Shown here: one piece after another, positions 56,202-64,000 of the stretch
How positions within the stretch are numbered: position 1 is the stretch's first letter
Layout: the number at the start of each line of letters is the position of its first letter
Origin: Gemmatimonadota bacterium
Lineage (GTDB): Bacteria > Gemmatimonadota > Gemmatimonadetes > Palauibacterales > Palauibacteraceae
Length of the DNA: 64,000 bases
Assembly: GCA_958295535.1 (NCBI GenBank)
Contig: OY282356.1
Span: forward strand, 1,945,614 to 2,009,613
Direction of reading: 5' to 3'
The notes under the pieces: generated by a model
What the model was told of the DNA's origin: nothing
Seen by the model: only the letters and a program-made list of their open reading frames with translations
Database searches by the model: none
Made by a program: the position numbers and the translations under genes

Positions 56202-58173
56202 AACGAATTTCCCCTTCCCAGAGGTGTGCGGTGGAGCCGTCCTCGCGGACGAGGAACTGGCCGGTGCGGACGCGGGTGATGGGGTAATCGGGAAGCTTGC
56301 GCAGAGCGACGCACCGCTCGGCTGACCGAAACCAACGGCCACCACGGTCGTTGACGCGGAAGTCGAGGTTGTCGAAGCCGTACTGCTTTCTGTGATCAGG
56401 AAGGTCGTTCTCGTCCGCCGGGACAACATGCAGGAAGAAGGTTTCCTGCGCGTCCTCTGCACCGCACGACTCCTTGACATAGATCAACATGTCCTCGGTG
56501 AGATGGACATCGAAGGTGGAGCGGATTGACGGCTTACGAGTCAAGATTGCCTCCAAATCTCTCACCGCATCAGTAGCGTGACGGTTTATCAAGGCTGCCG
56601 TATCTTCAATCAGATAAACGTCATGGGGTCCAAACACGACCTGCTCAACCGAAAGCCCGGACATATCCGGTAGCCAGGGACCGACAAACCAGATTCTTCC
56701 GTTTGCGATGCCGAGCCAGTAGGCCAAGTCAGCCATCTCACGGAGACACGAATTGGAGGAGTTCCCGCACCAACCGGAGGTCCCATAGTGGTAATTGGCC
56801 GGTCTTTCTTCATTTCGTTGATAGAACTGCAAGATCGGGACTGCCCCCCAGCCTGCGTAGACCATGTCCTCTTTCCGCATCCGTTCTTTCAGTACGGCGA
56901 GAACGGATTTGATGTTGTTACGTATCTGGTACGGACTGTCCTGCCGAATGGCGCCCACCCCGGCAAGCACTGTCGCGCCGGCCATCGCAACGAGCAAGGC
57001 CGGCGTCGTCCACCCCCGGCGGGTGAGCGAGGACAAACGACCGGCGGTCCAATGAAACGCCAAGCCGACCGCCAGGAAGACAATCGGACCCAGATAGATG
57101 ACTTGGCGGGTGCCTCCAAGCGGATATATTCCCAGCACGGCGGCACCGACAGAAACCGCAAGGGAAAGCGAAAATAGAACTGCGATGGCGCCGTCATGGG
57201 GCTTTCCTCGAAACTTTCCGAGGAATGCTGCGACCAGGAGGATCGCGAATGCGGCAAGTGCCGCTATCGCAACGACATCCGGCAAATGATATGTCAATAG
57301 ACTCCAGATCCCGTCAATCGAAAACTCGAAGACCTCGAAGATCGAGTGCGGGTAGAATGTTCCCTGATAGTAATACTGTCGCAGATAGCCGGTCGGGGCG
57401 AAGTCCGGTTGACCCCACTGATGGCGTACAGTCACCAAGTAGCTGACGGTACTCCCCGCCAGGAAGAACCCACAGGGCGCGACCAAGTCCAGGCGTCGTT
57501 TCAACCAGCCACCGATCCGGCCAGGATAGGCACTCCACCTTGCCTGTCCGGAGACGCGTGGAGCGACGAGGGCGGCGCCAATGACGGCGGCGCCGAACAG
57601 GACCAAACCGTACTGGAGCAACGGCGCAAGGAACAGCGAAACGCAAAGCAGGGCCTTCCGGCCGTCCCGCAGATGTCGCAGCAGCCCCGCCATCATCAGC
57701 ACGGTAAGCAGTGCGTCGATAGAGTATTCCCGCACATCCTGGGCGTGCCAGATTGCTTCAACGGAAAGCGTGGCGAGCAGGGCCGCCAGAAACGCGGCGC
57801 CCCGAGCGACGCCGAGACGCGGCAGCAAGAAGAGCATCAAGGCGATGGTCAGAACGCTGGCCGTCGCCGGCACGATTCGAACGCTGAAGGGCGTGCTCTC
57901 GACTTTCTGGACCGCGTACAGGACCAGGGGGTACAGGATTGGAGAGGAGTTAGCGTAACGGGTACCGGGGATGACTTCCGAGAGCGCACCTCTCGAAATA
58001 TTGGCCGCTGCCGCTTCGTCATGCCGTAGAGACTTCTCCGAAAGGTCATGGAAGCGCAGCCCCGCCGCGGCGACAAGCAGGCAGACACAGGCGGCGTAGT
58101 ACAGACGCGTTTTGCGGTCGCGGCCGAAATCAGCGATGCGCCGGGTCATGGCGCGCATCCCTATCGCTCGCAT
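56191..58173 (-). CDS. ArnT/PMT_2-like GT-C membrane glycosyltransferase, paralog B, with shared C-terminal domain
   Basis: 660 aa. LRHDEAAAANISRGALSEV first-loop motif, ~12 TM helices, CTD identical in motif to paralog A (...FFLHVVPADENDLPDHRKQYGFDNLDFRVNDRGGRWFRSAERCVALRKLPDYPITRVRTGQF). Confidence 0.75.
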   Translation of the reverse strand: MRAIGMRAMTRRIADFGRDRKTRLYYAACVCLLVAAAGLRFHDLSEKSLRHDEAAAANISRGALSEVIPGTRYANSSPILYPLVLYAVQKVESTPFSVRIVPATASVLTIALMLFLLPRLGVARGAAFLAALLATLSVEAIWHAQDVREYSIDALLTVLMMAGLLRHLRDGRKALLCVSLFLAPLLQYGLVLFGAAVIGAALVAPRVSGQARWSAYPGRIGGWLKRRLDLVAPCGFFLAGSTVSYLVTVRHQWGQPDFAPTGYLRQYYYQGTFYPHSIFEVFEFSIDGIWSLLTYHLPDVVAIAALAAFAILLVAAFLGKFRGKPHDGAIAVLFSLSLAVSVGAAVLGIYPLGGTRQVIYLGPIVFLAVGLAFHWTAGRLSSLTRRGWTTPALLVAMAGATVLAGVGAIRQDSPYQIRNNIKSVLAVLKERMRKEDMVYAGWGAVPILQFYQRNEERPANYHYGTSGWCGNSSNSCLREMADLAYWLGIANGRIWFVGPWLPDMSGLSVEQVVFGPHDVYLIEDTAALINRHATDAVRDLEAILTRKPSIRSTFDVHLTEDMLIYVKESCGAEDAQETFFLHVVPADENDLPDHRKQYGFDNLDFRVNDRGGRWFRSAERCVALRKLPDYPITRVRTGQFLVREDGSTAHLWEGEIRFDK

Positions 58174-58633
58174 CGGGCCTCCCCCGCGGCGTCCGGCCGG
58201 ATCGCTCCGAAGACGGCGGCATTCAACGGCCCGGCGACACGCAAAACAGCCGAAGCGTCCAGTATCTTCAAGGATTGCTCAGAGACGCGGGGGCCCTTGT
58301 GCATTGTCGGCCAAGGGAACGAAGAACGCTTTGTTGGCCACCTTGTCCTCCTTGATTCGCTGTAACAGACGCCTGAAGCCAAGATGGCGCAGAGCAAAAG
58401 CCGCACCAGTGCCCAAAGGCCGAGAGCCACAAAGACCTGGCACCCACCGCCAAGTTCACGGCTCGTCGCGGCGTGCGGTCGAACTTCGGCGCTCCGCAGA
58501 GGGAAGGCAAGATTGCGGCCGCGGGTCCGTGGAGGCGGCTACCCGCTTCATCCCGTAGCAACCGCGGCAATAGTGCGGAATGTCGCCGCTGGCAATTCGC
58601 CGACGCAGCTCCCGGTATTTGTCGTTGTTCCAA
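58161..58633 (-). pseudogene. Degraded sulfotransferase paralog fragment
   Basis: LCGAPKFDRTPRRAVNLAVGARSLWLSAFGHWCGF and SEQSLKILDASAV match the C-terminal region of 41306..42160 (LCRAPKFDRVPRQAANQAVAARSLWLSAFGHWCGF; SEESLGVLDASAV). There is no N-terminal PAPS-binding part and the frame is broken. Confidence 0.5.
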
Positions 58634-58700
58634 ACATCGGCTTGTCCACCGAGGCGGATCAAGAGTTCGGATTTTCTGATAATCTCATCTATCTGCGGCG
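58456..58700 (-). pseudogene. 3' fragment of a radical-SAM/SPASM paralog
   Basis: ADVWNNDKYRELRRRIASGDIPHYCRGCYGMKRVAAST matches the C-terminus of 50210..51367 (ADVWNNDKYRELRRRIADNDIPHYCRSCYGMKPVATST). The nucleotide match begins ~58530. Confidence 0.5.
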
Positions 58701-58787
58701 AATGGTCTTCCTGGCGGTAGAGAAAAATATGTCTATCGCGGTCGCGACGGAAACGGACGATGCGTCGGGCTATGGCGCGCGCATCCC

Positions 58788-60138
58788 TTATCGCTCGCAT
58801 CGGGCCTCCACCTCGACTCCCGTCCAGATCGTTGTAGCTGCGCGGTTGTTTGGAGGTCTCCTCCGAATCAAGGGCCATGCGATGTACCGAGAACCCGTCA
58901 TCGCGCACCGTCCGACGCCGCCGCGACGGTCCGGGCAACCTCCCGGCCCTGCCGGATCGCATAGTTCGTGCCCCGGTCTTCCGGATAGATCTGGGCCATC
59001 GTCGCCAGAAACAGGTTCGTCACAGGCATGCGCGTAGCGGGGATCAGCAGGCGGTAGCCGCGCTCCACGACGGGTTGCGCGTAGCGCGTGCGCCAGACGT
59101 GGGCAGCCAGTATCCGGTCGTCCGTCAGGTCGGGAAACATCCGCCGCAGGTGTTCGAGCGTGAACGCGACCGCTTCCTCGTCCGGCATCCCCCACAGCGC
59201 GTCGCTCTCGGGCAGATAGCGGGACAGATACACGATGTGCCGCCCGGCGTAGATCGAGGCAGGCTCGAAGTTGGTGTGCTCGATGACTCCCACGAAGGGG
59301 AAGCTTGGGTCGTTGACGTTCAGCCAGTAGATGTCCGACAGGCTGCGGTCGAGCTCGAGCACGACGCACACATTGGCCAGATAGCGGATGCGCCGCAGGC
59401 CGTCCACGTAATCGCCCGTCGCGTACCCGCAAGCCCGTGACCGGAGCTCCGGTGCGGATTTCTCCACCTTGGTCTCGGATGGCCAGGGCCAGCGCGTCGG
59501 CGAGGGCTGCGAAGCCGCCGCGGTAATAGGCCAGCCGTTCCCTGCCGCCTCTGCCGCGGCTGCCGCCCCTGAGCTTGAGCTTGTTCCAGAACCACACCGC
59601 CGCCACCTCTTCCGCCAAGTCGCCGAACTTGCCCCGCAGGAGCGGCGCCCACACCACCCGGTAGACCCGCTCGCCACCCATGTCCCGCAGCCAGTCGGCC
59701 GTGATGCGGTCTTCGAGGCCGCTCCACTCCTTCACCCGGCGCACGCGCAATGCCAGCAGCCCCAGCCGGATGCGGTCGAAGAACGGAAGGGGCGAGAAGC
59801 GCAGGAGGTCGAGGGGCGTCGAGAGCTTGAAGAAGTCGTGGGCGTAGTACGTGCCGGTCCGGGTAGGACGCAGCACCACCTCGGCCGACCGGCCCAACTC
59901 CGCGATGAGATTCATCACATGAACATCGTTGGTGAACCAGTGGTGGTAGAACTTCTCGAGCCGCACCGGCGGCGGGAAAGCTGCCGGCGAGGCCGCCGAC
60001 TTCGGCGTCCCGCTCCAGCACCGTGGCGCGTACGCCGCGCCGGCCCAACTCGTAGGCCGCGGCTAGCCCGCAGAAGCCGCCGCCGATCACCGCGACATGG
60101 GGCCGGGCAGACGCCGGCCGTCGTGGGCTACTTGTCAA
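58788..60138 (-). pseudogene. FAD/NAD(P)-binding oxidoreductase, copy C; carries the same 107-bp frameshifting deletion as copy A
   Basis: Colinear with copy B. It is split over ORFs 58788..59966, 58898..59677 and 59320..60303. The deletion point (...atcgcccgtcgcgtacccgcaagcc...) is the same as in copy A. Confidence 0.6.
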
Positions 60139-61002
60139 AACGAATTTCCCCTTCCCAGAGGCGTGCGGCGGAGCCGTCCTCGCGGACGAGGTACTGGCCG
60201 GTTCTGATTTCGGAGATGCCGTATTCCGGGATAGGGACCGTTGCCAGGCACTTGTCATCGAATCTGTCGCCGTGCCGGTCGAAATAGAAGTCCAGGTTGT
60301 CAAAGCCGTTCCGCTTGCGATCGTCTGGCAGGTCTGCCACCTCGACGGGATACAGGTGCAGAAAGAACGCCGCCTCCGTGTCGGCGCGGGCGCACGGGTC
60401 CTTGGCGAAGATCAGACTTCCCTCGCCAAGATAGACGTCGAACACACTGCGAACCGCTGGCTCGCCGACAGTCGCCGACGACAAGTGGGCGTCTAGCCAC
60501 CGCCGTTTCTCCTTGAACCAGCGCTCCACTTCCCAAAGGAGATTCCAATCGCGGTCAACCTGTCCGGTTCGGTAGCCGCTTTCACATAGTTGCCGAACTG
60601 CCACCAACTCTAGCAAGGGGTCCCGAGACAAGGCGCTTCGGGGGTCGTCGGCCTGCTGCCGAGAGCACTCTAACCCCTGGTCACGGAAATGGAAATAGAG
60701 GACGTGCACCTCTCCGCCGCCAAGTGTGGTCGACCATGCGGACCGTAGATGATCCGGTTCGCATGGCAGGGCGTAATGGCGTCGCGGACTGTCGGCGTAC
60801 AATGCCATGACGGAGACGGCATTGCTCCGGATCGCGCCTGTCAGAGCCGCCTCCCGAATGTACTGGACGCTCTCCGAATTCCTCTACCGCGGGGTGGCAA
60901 ACGCATGTTGCGCACCGGCATTCCAGCGCGGCATCTCGCGGGCATTCAGCACAACCAGCCAAACCGCCTGCAGGGACAGCGCCAACATCAGGACGGCCGC
61001 GA
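60128..61002 (-). pseudogene. Deletion derivative of a GT-C paralog related to 38528..41164: mid-region fragments + intact shared C-terminal domain only
   Basis: ORF 60128..60808 contains HYALPCEPDHL...SRQQADDPRSALSRDPLLE and GQVDRDWNLLWEVERWFKEKRRW, which match internal segments of paralog 4. It ends with a full CTD (VRSVFDVYLGEGSLIFAKDPCARADTEAAFFLHLYPVEVADLPDDRKRNGFDNLDFYFDRHGDRFDDKCLATVPIPEYGISEIRTGQYLV...). No TM/GT-C core. 60700..61000 matches 39750..40050 in another frame. Confidence 0.6.
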
Positions 61003-61366
61003 GGGCCCTCGCCCGTGAACGCGATGTCCTGATGGCGGTGTCGAGCTCCGGAACGTCGGCGAACATCGTGGATGCCGCTCGAACCGCTCTCGAGATCGGG
61101 ATGGACTTGGTGACATTCTCGGCATTCTCGGCCGACAACCGCTTGCACAAGCTGCAATCCACACTTTCCTTCCATACGCCGACCGATATCTACGGACACG
61201 CCGAACTAGCCCATGCAGCGTTGATTCACGCCGCTGTCGACATATGTTCTCGATGGGAAGAGGAAAGATGACTATCACTCGCACCCCTTATAGCGGCATA
61301 TGCTTGTCCTACTCCAAGACGGAGACAGTTCGAACTTCGAAAGACTTGGAGCATGACATAGTGCGT
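61003..61366 (+). pseudogene. Duplicate fragment of the gmhA 3' end and hddA 5' end (with internal deletion)
   Basis: 61003..61270 is ~97% identical to 42943..43207 (ARERDVLMAVSSSGTSANIVDAARTALEIGMDLVTFSAF...SRWEEER*). It is followed by an hddA start (MTITRTPY) with ~120 bp deleted, and homology ends at ~61366. Confidence 0.65.
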
Positions 61367-61388
61367 GCGAACCGACTCCGGGGCACTG

Positions 61389-63284
61389 TCAGTCCCTATT
61401 GCTCGTCGCCCCTCCGTCATGCCTAGCCTGCGTCGACAGGGGAATGAACCTGCGCCAGGGACCCCACTCCCTTTTCCCGTCCGCCCGCAGCCGGAACTCG
61501 TGAGTGGCGCATGCCTCCGGCGCCGGCGCCTGCGCGTCCCAGCGCAGCACGAAGCCGCCGTCGCGGTCCGGGACCGCGGCGACGACCTCGCTGTATGCCG
61601 CTTTGCCGTTCGTGGTCCGCGTACGCAGTTGCGCGGCGTATTTCAATCCGTGCGTGATCCCTGCTATCCGATGGGCGAGGGTCCGGCCCCCGCGTCTGTC
61701 CGTCCGCTCTTTGGCGCCGACGCGGAGATTGTCGATGGCGTCGGCGTCAGCGCCGATGAGTCCCACGATCTGCCGGGCCTCCTCCGCGGTGAGCGCCGGG
61801 CCGGTCATAGTGGTTCCGGGAGCGAACCCCTGCGGGTCCACGAGGTAGCGCTCCATGTCACCGGGCGTCCAGGCCTGGTCCAGAGACCGCAGGGCGTCAG
61901 AGAACCCGGCGAAACCCTCCACTGCGCCCGCGCGCCTGCCGAGCGCGCCCACGAGATGGGGCCCGGCGCGATGGGTTTTCTCGCTCAGGGAGTGGCACTC
62001 GGCGCAGCGCAGAGCGAACAGACGCGAGGCGGCGCAGTTCAGCATGGCGGTGCGTTCCTCGTCGATGCGGCGCAACAGTTTGACCCGGCCCGAATCGATC
62101 AGGAGAGCCAGACGACCGTCCGGCAGGAAGGTCAGGTCGCGGATCGGCCCGCCGCCGACCAATATCCTCTCAACATACTGGATGACCCGGCCGCGGCGGC
62201 GCACCCGGAAGATCGAGTGGCCGCCGGGGATGCCTTCGAGGTAAGAGGTTCCGCTCAGCGAGGCGATCAGCAGATCGTCGTCCCACAAGGGAAATGCCCG
62301 GCGGTCGTTCACCGTCAGAGCGGAGACTCCCGGCGACGGCGCCCAGGCGAAAACGGGCCGCGTGAAGCCGTCGTGCCGACCCTCCATTCCATACTGCCGA
62401 GAGGTCGCGTCCCCATACGGAAGACCGTAGCTGACCTGCGGAAAGCCATAGTGCCGGCCGGGTTCGAGCAGGTTGAGTTCGTCGCCGCCGCGCGGCCCGT
62501 GTTCGGCGGCCCACAGGTCGCCCGCCGCGTCGCGCGCCAGCCCTTGCGGATTGCGATGCCCGCGCGTCAGCGTTTCGGCGGCGCCGGTCCCGATCTCGAT
62601 GCGGAGGAGTTTGCCCAGATCGAGTTCGTCATCCAGAAGTTCATCATCGCTCGCGTCGTGATGCCCCACCAAGACCAGGAGGTGGTCCGGGCCATCCATC
62701 AACATGCGTCCCCCGGCTTGAAGCCCGGCGAGGAGGAAGCAGGGCCGGGCATCGAAAACCGTCCTCCAGGCGTCTGACAACTCCACGTCCCGCTCGTCTC
62801 GAAGCAACGTCGTGGCTGACACCCGGAACAGGAAACACTCCCCGGTGAAGTAGTGGTGGGAGACGAACAGCTCGAAGCGACCGGGCGAATGCTCCTTCAG
62901 CAGAATGTCCGACACCCAGGCGCGGTGTAAGGGGATTTCGATTCCCGCCTCCCCGCCCATCGGAACCCGGCCGTCGAGATACCGAAACGCGCCGTCCGGG
63001 GTCATGAGGGCGAGTCGGCCTCGCGGCGTGGCGATGAGCAGGTCGTCGCCCAGAACCTCTATCGCGCCCCCAACTCCGGCGAACGGCTCAAGCGAGTAGG
63101 TCTCGGTCTCCAGCGCATATAGATGGGTCCGCAGGACCGCCTCTTCCGCCCCGGCTCCGACCCCCCTCCCCCCAAGCTGGTCGGAGCAAGCGGCTGTCGC
63201 GACCCAAAACGCGGTGACCGCCGCCGTCCATAAGCCGCGCCATACCGATTTGCTTGCGACTGGCGCCCAAGGGCATTCGTTCAT
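61389..63284 (-). CDS. PQQ-dependent soluble sugar (aldose) dehydrogenase-like beta-propeller fused to a C-terminal cytochrome c domain
   Basis: Signal peptide with Cys (GLWTAAVTAFWVATAAC). Soluble glucose/sorbosone dehydrogenase signatures: GHRNPQGLARDAAGDLWAAEHGPRGGDELNLLEPGRHYGFP. C-terminal heme-binding CAECH motif (NCAASRLFALRCAECHS) followed by a ~150-aa tail. Confidence 0.7.
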   Translation of the reverse strand: MNECPWAPVASKSVWRGLWTAAVTAFWVATAACSDQLGGRGVGAGAEEAVLRTHLYALETETYSLEPFAGVGGAIEVLGDDLLIATPRGRLALMTPDGAFRYLDGRVPMGGEAGIEIPLHRAWVSDILLKEHSPGRFELFVSHHYFTGECFLFRVSATTLLRDERDVELSDAWRTVFDARPCFLLAGLQAGGRMLMDGPDHLLVLVGHHDASDDELLDDELDLGKLLRIEIGTGAAETLTRGHRNPQGLARDAAGDLWAAEHGPRGGDELNLLEPGRHYGFPQVSYGLPYGDATSRQYGMEGRHDGFTRPVFAWAPSPGVSALTVNDRRAFPLWDDDLLIASLSGTSYLEGIPGGHSIFRVRRRGRVIQYVERILVGGGPIRDLTFLPDGRLALLIDSGRVKLLRRIDEERTAMLNCAASRLFALRCAECHSLSEKTHRAGPHLVGALGRRAGAVEGFAGFSDALRSLDQAWTPGDMERYLVDPQGFAPGTTMTGPALTAEEARQIVGLIGADADAIDNLRVGAKERTDRRGGRTLAHRIAGITHGLKYAAQLRTRTTNGKAAYSEVVAAVPDRDGGFVLRWDAQAPAPEACATHEFRLRADGKREWGPWRRFIPLSTQARHDGGATSNRD

Positions 63285-63323
63285 GATAGTCCGTATTAGT
63301 TAGCGCGCATGCCCCCGCCGCCG

Positions 63324-64000
63324 TCATGCCGCAGTTGGGTCGCTTTGCCTCTGAACGAGGAACGCCGCCGTGGCGCAGGCTAGGCCGATAAAGAAATTGT
63401 AGGCCCCCATGGTGAGTAGATGATTGAACATTAGGCCGTACAGGGCCATCACGACAACCCATCCCACGACCAAGTCTCTGCCCAAGGACTTCGGCACAGT
63501 CCAAAGCAACCGCGTCAAGAAGAACAGAGACAGCAAGTATAATGCCAGTGGAATAATGCCCGCTTCGCCAGACAGCATTAAGTAGACGTTGTGGACTCCA
63601 GTCGGTTTCCCCTGGTTTCCGATGGGAGCGCCCTCCATATAGTGGAGCTGATACAAGCCGTGACCTGCAATGGGCGATTCCAGGACCTTATTGAAACCCA
63701 TCTCCCACAATAGCATTCGTCTCGATAGCGCTCTCCCGCTACCGACGTTGGAATCGTCTTTGCCTCTGAAAGCCTCCACGGTATTGCCCGGCTCCTTCAG
63801 TAGCCGACCCAACACGCCGGCATCCGTCGCGGCAGCTGCGGATGCCGCCATGATCGGGCCTATGGCCTTCGTCTGAACCCGGTGCATCGTGCCATTCTTC
63901 TCGTAGGACACCCAGGCGCGCAAGAACTTGCCCTCGTCTTCGCCCGCCGGGACGTATTTGGGCGAGAGCGCGCCTTCGATGTCGGTCCAAGCGGCGTCGT
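63324..64000 (-). CDS. Wzy_C (O-antigen ligase/polymerase) family protein with WxW module, partial (N-terminal part beyond window end)
   Basis: The frame is open to position 64000. It reads ...DAAWTDIEGALSPKYVPAGEDEGKFLRAWVSYEKNGTMHRVQTKAIGPIMAA (the module shared with 6780..8627) then ...AGHGLYQLHYMEGAPIGNQGKPTGVHNVYLMLSGEAGIIPLALYLL (Wzy_C motif). Confidence 0.6.
   Translation of the reverse strand, partial: DAAWTDIEGALSPKYVPAGEDEGKFLRAWVSYEKNGTMHRVQTKAIGPIMAASAAAATDAGVLGRLLKEPGNTVEAFRGKDDSNVGSGRALSRRMLLWEMGFNKVLESPIAGHGLYQLHYMEGAPIGNQGKPTGVHNVYLMLSGEAGIIPLALYLLSLFFLTRLLWTVPKSLGRDLVVGWVVVMALYGLMFNHLLTMGAYNFFIGLACATAAFLVQRQSDPTAA

Noticed and set aside
1-64000. Search for mobile elements, CRISPR arrays and rRNA/tRNA genes
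   Set aside because: I did not recognise any transposase or integrase-like ORF, spaced direct-repeat array, or tRNA/rRNA-like segment, judged by eye without a computed search. All large repeats found are gene duplications within the glycan locus.

Overview
This 64 kb window is high-GC (about 65-70%), bacterial, and almost entirely one rearranged cell-surface glycan biosynthesis locus. A TonB-dependent receptor at the left edge indicates a Gram-negative host. I recognised no rRNA or tRNA genes, CRISPR array, transposase or integrase.

Recognisable content:
- Glycan export and polymerisation: two Wzx-like flippases; two Wzy_C (O-antigen ligase/polymerase) family genes, one of them partial at the right edge, plus one fragment.
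- Glycosyltransferases: GT4 x3; GT2 x4, including a stop-less tandem fusion and a frameshifted copy.
- Sugar-nucleotide and modification enzymes: GDP-mannose 3,5-epimerase; GmhA-HddA-GmhB (GDP-heptose branch); a B12-binding radical SAM and a SPASM radical SAM enzyme; class I methyltransferases; a sulfotransferase; sulfatase-fold phosphotransferases; a CE4-type deacetylase lipoprotein; a PQQ sugar dehydrogenase fused to a cytochrome c domain.
- Most notable: a complete DprE1 / DprE2 / UbiA (HAD-fused) polyprenyl-phospho-pentofuranose donor pathway of the mycobacterial DPA type. It is interleaved with six ArnT/PMT_2-like GT-C membrane glycosyltransferase paralogs.
- Five of the six GT-C paralogs, an 807-aa membrane protein and two remnants end in a shared, apparently undescribed ~100-aa Cys-containing C-terminal domain.
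- A second shared module, W-x-W-[EQ]-R-G, recurs in GT-C, Wzy-like and other scaffolds.
- The locus is full of tandem duplications, truncated cassette-like remnants and frameshifted copies: a 3 kb unit x2, an [FAD oxidoreductase + GT-C] unit x3, and GT2 x3.
- A C11 homopolymer tract lies inside one GT-C coding sequence.
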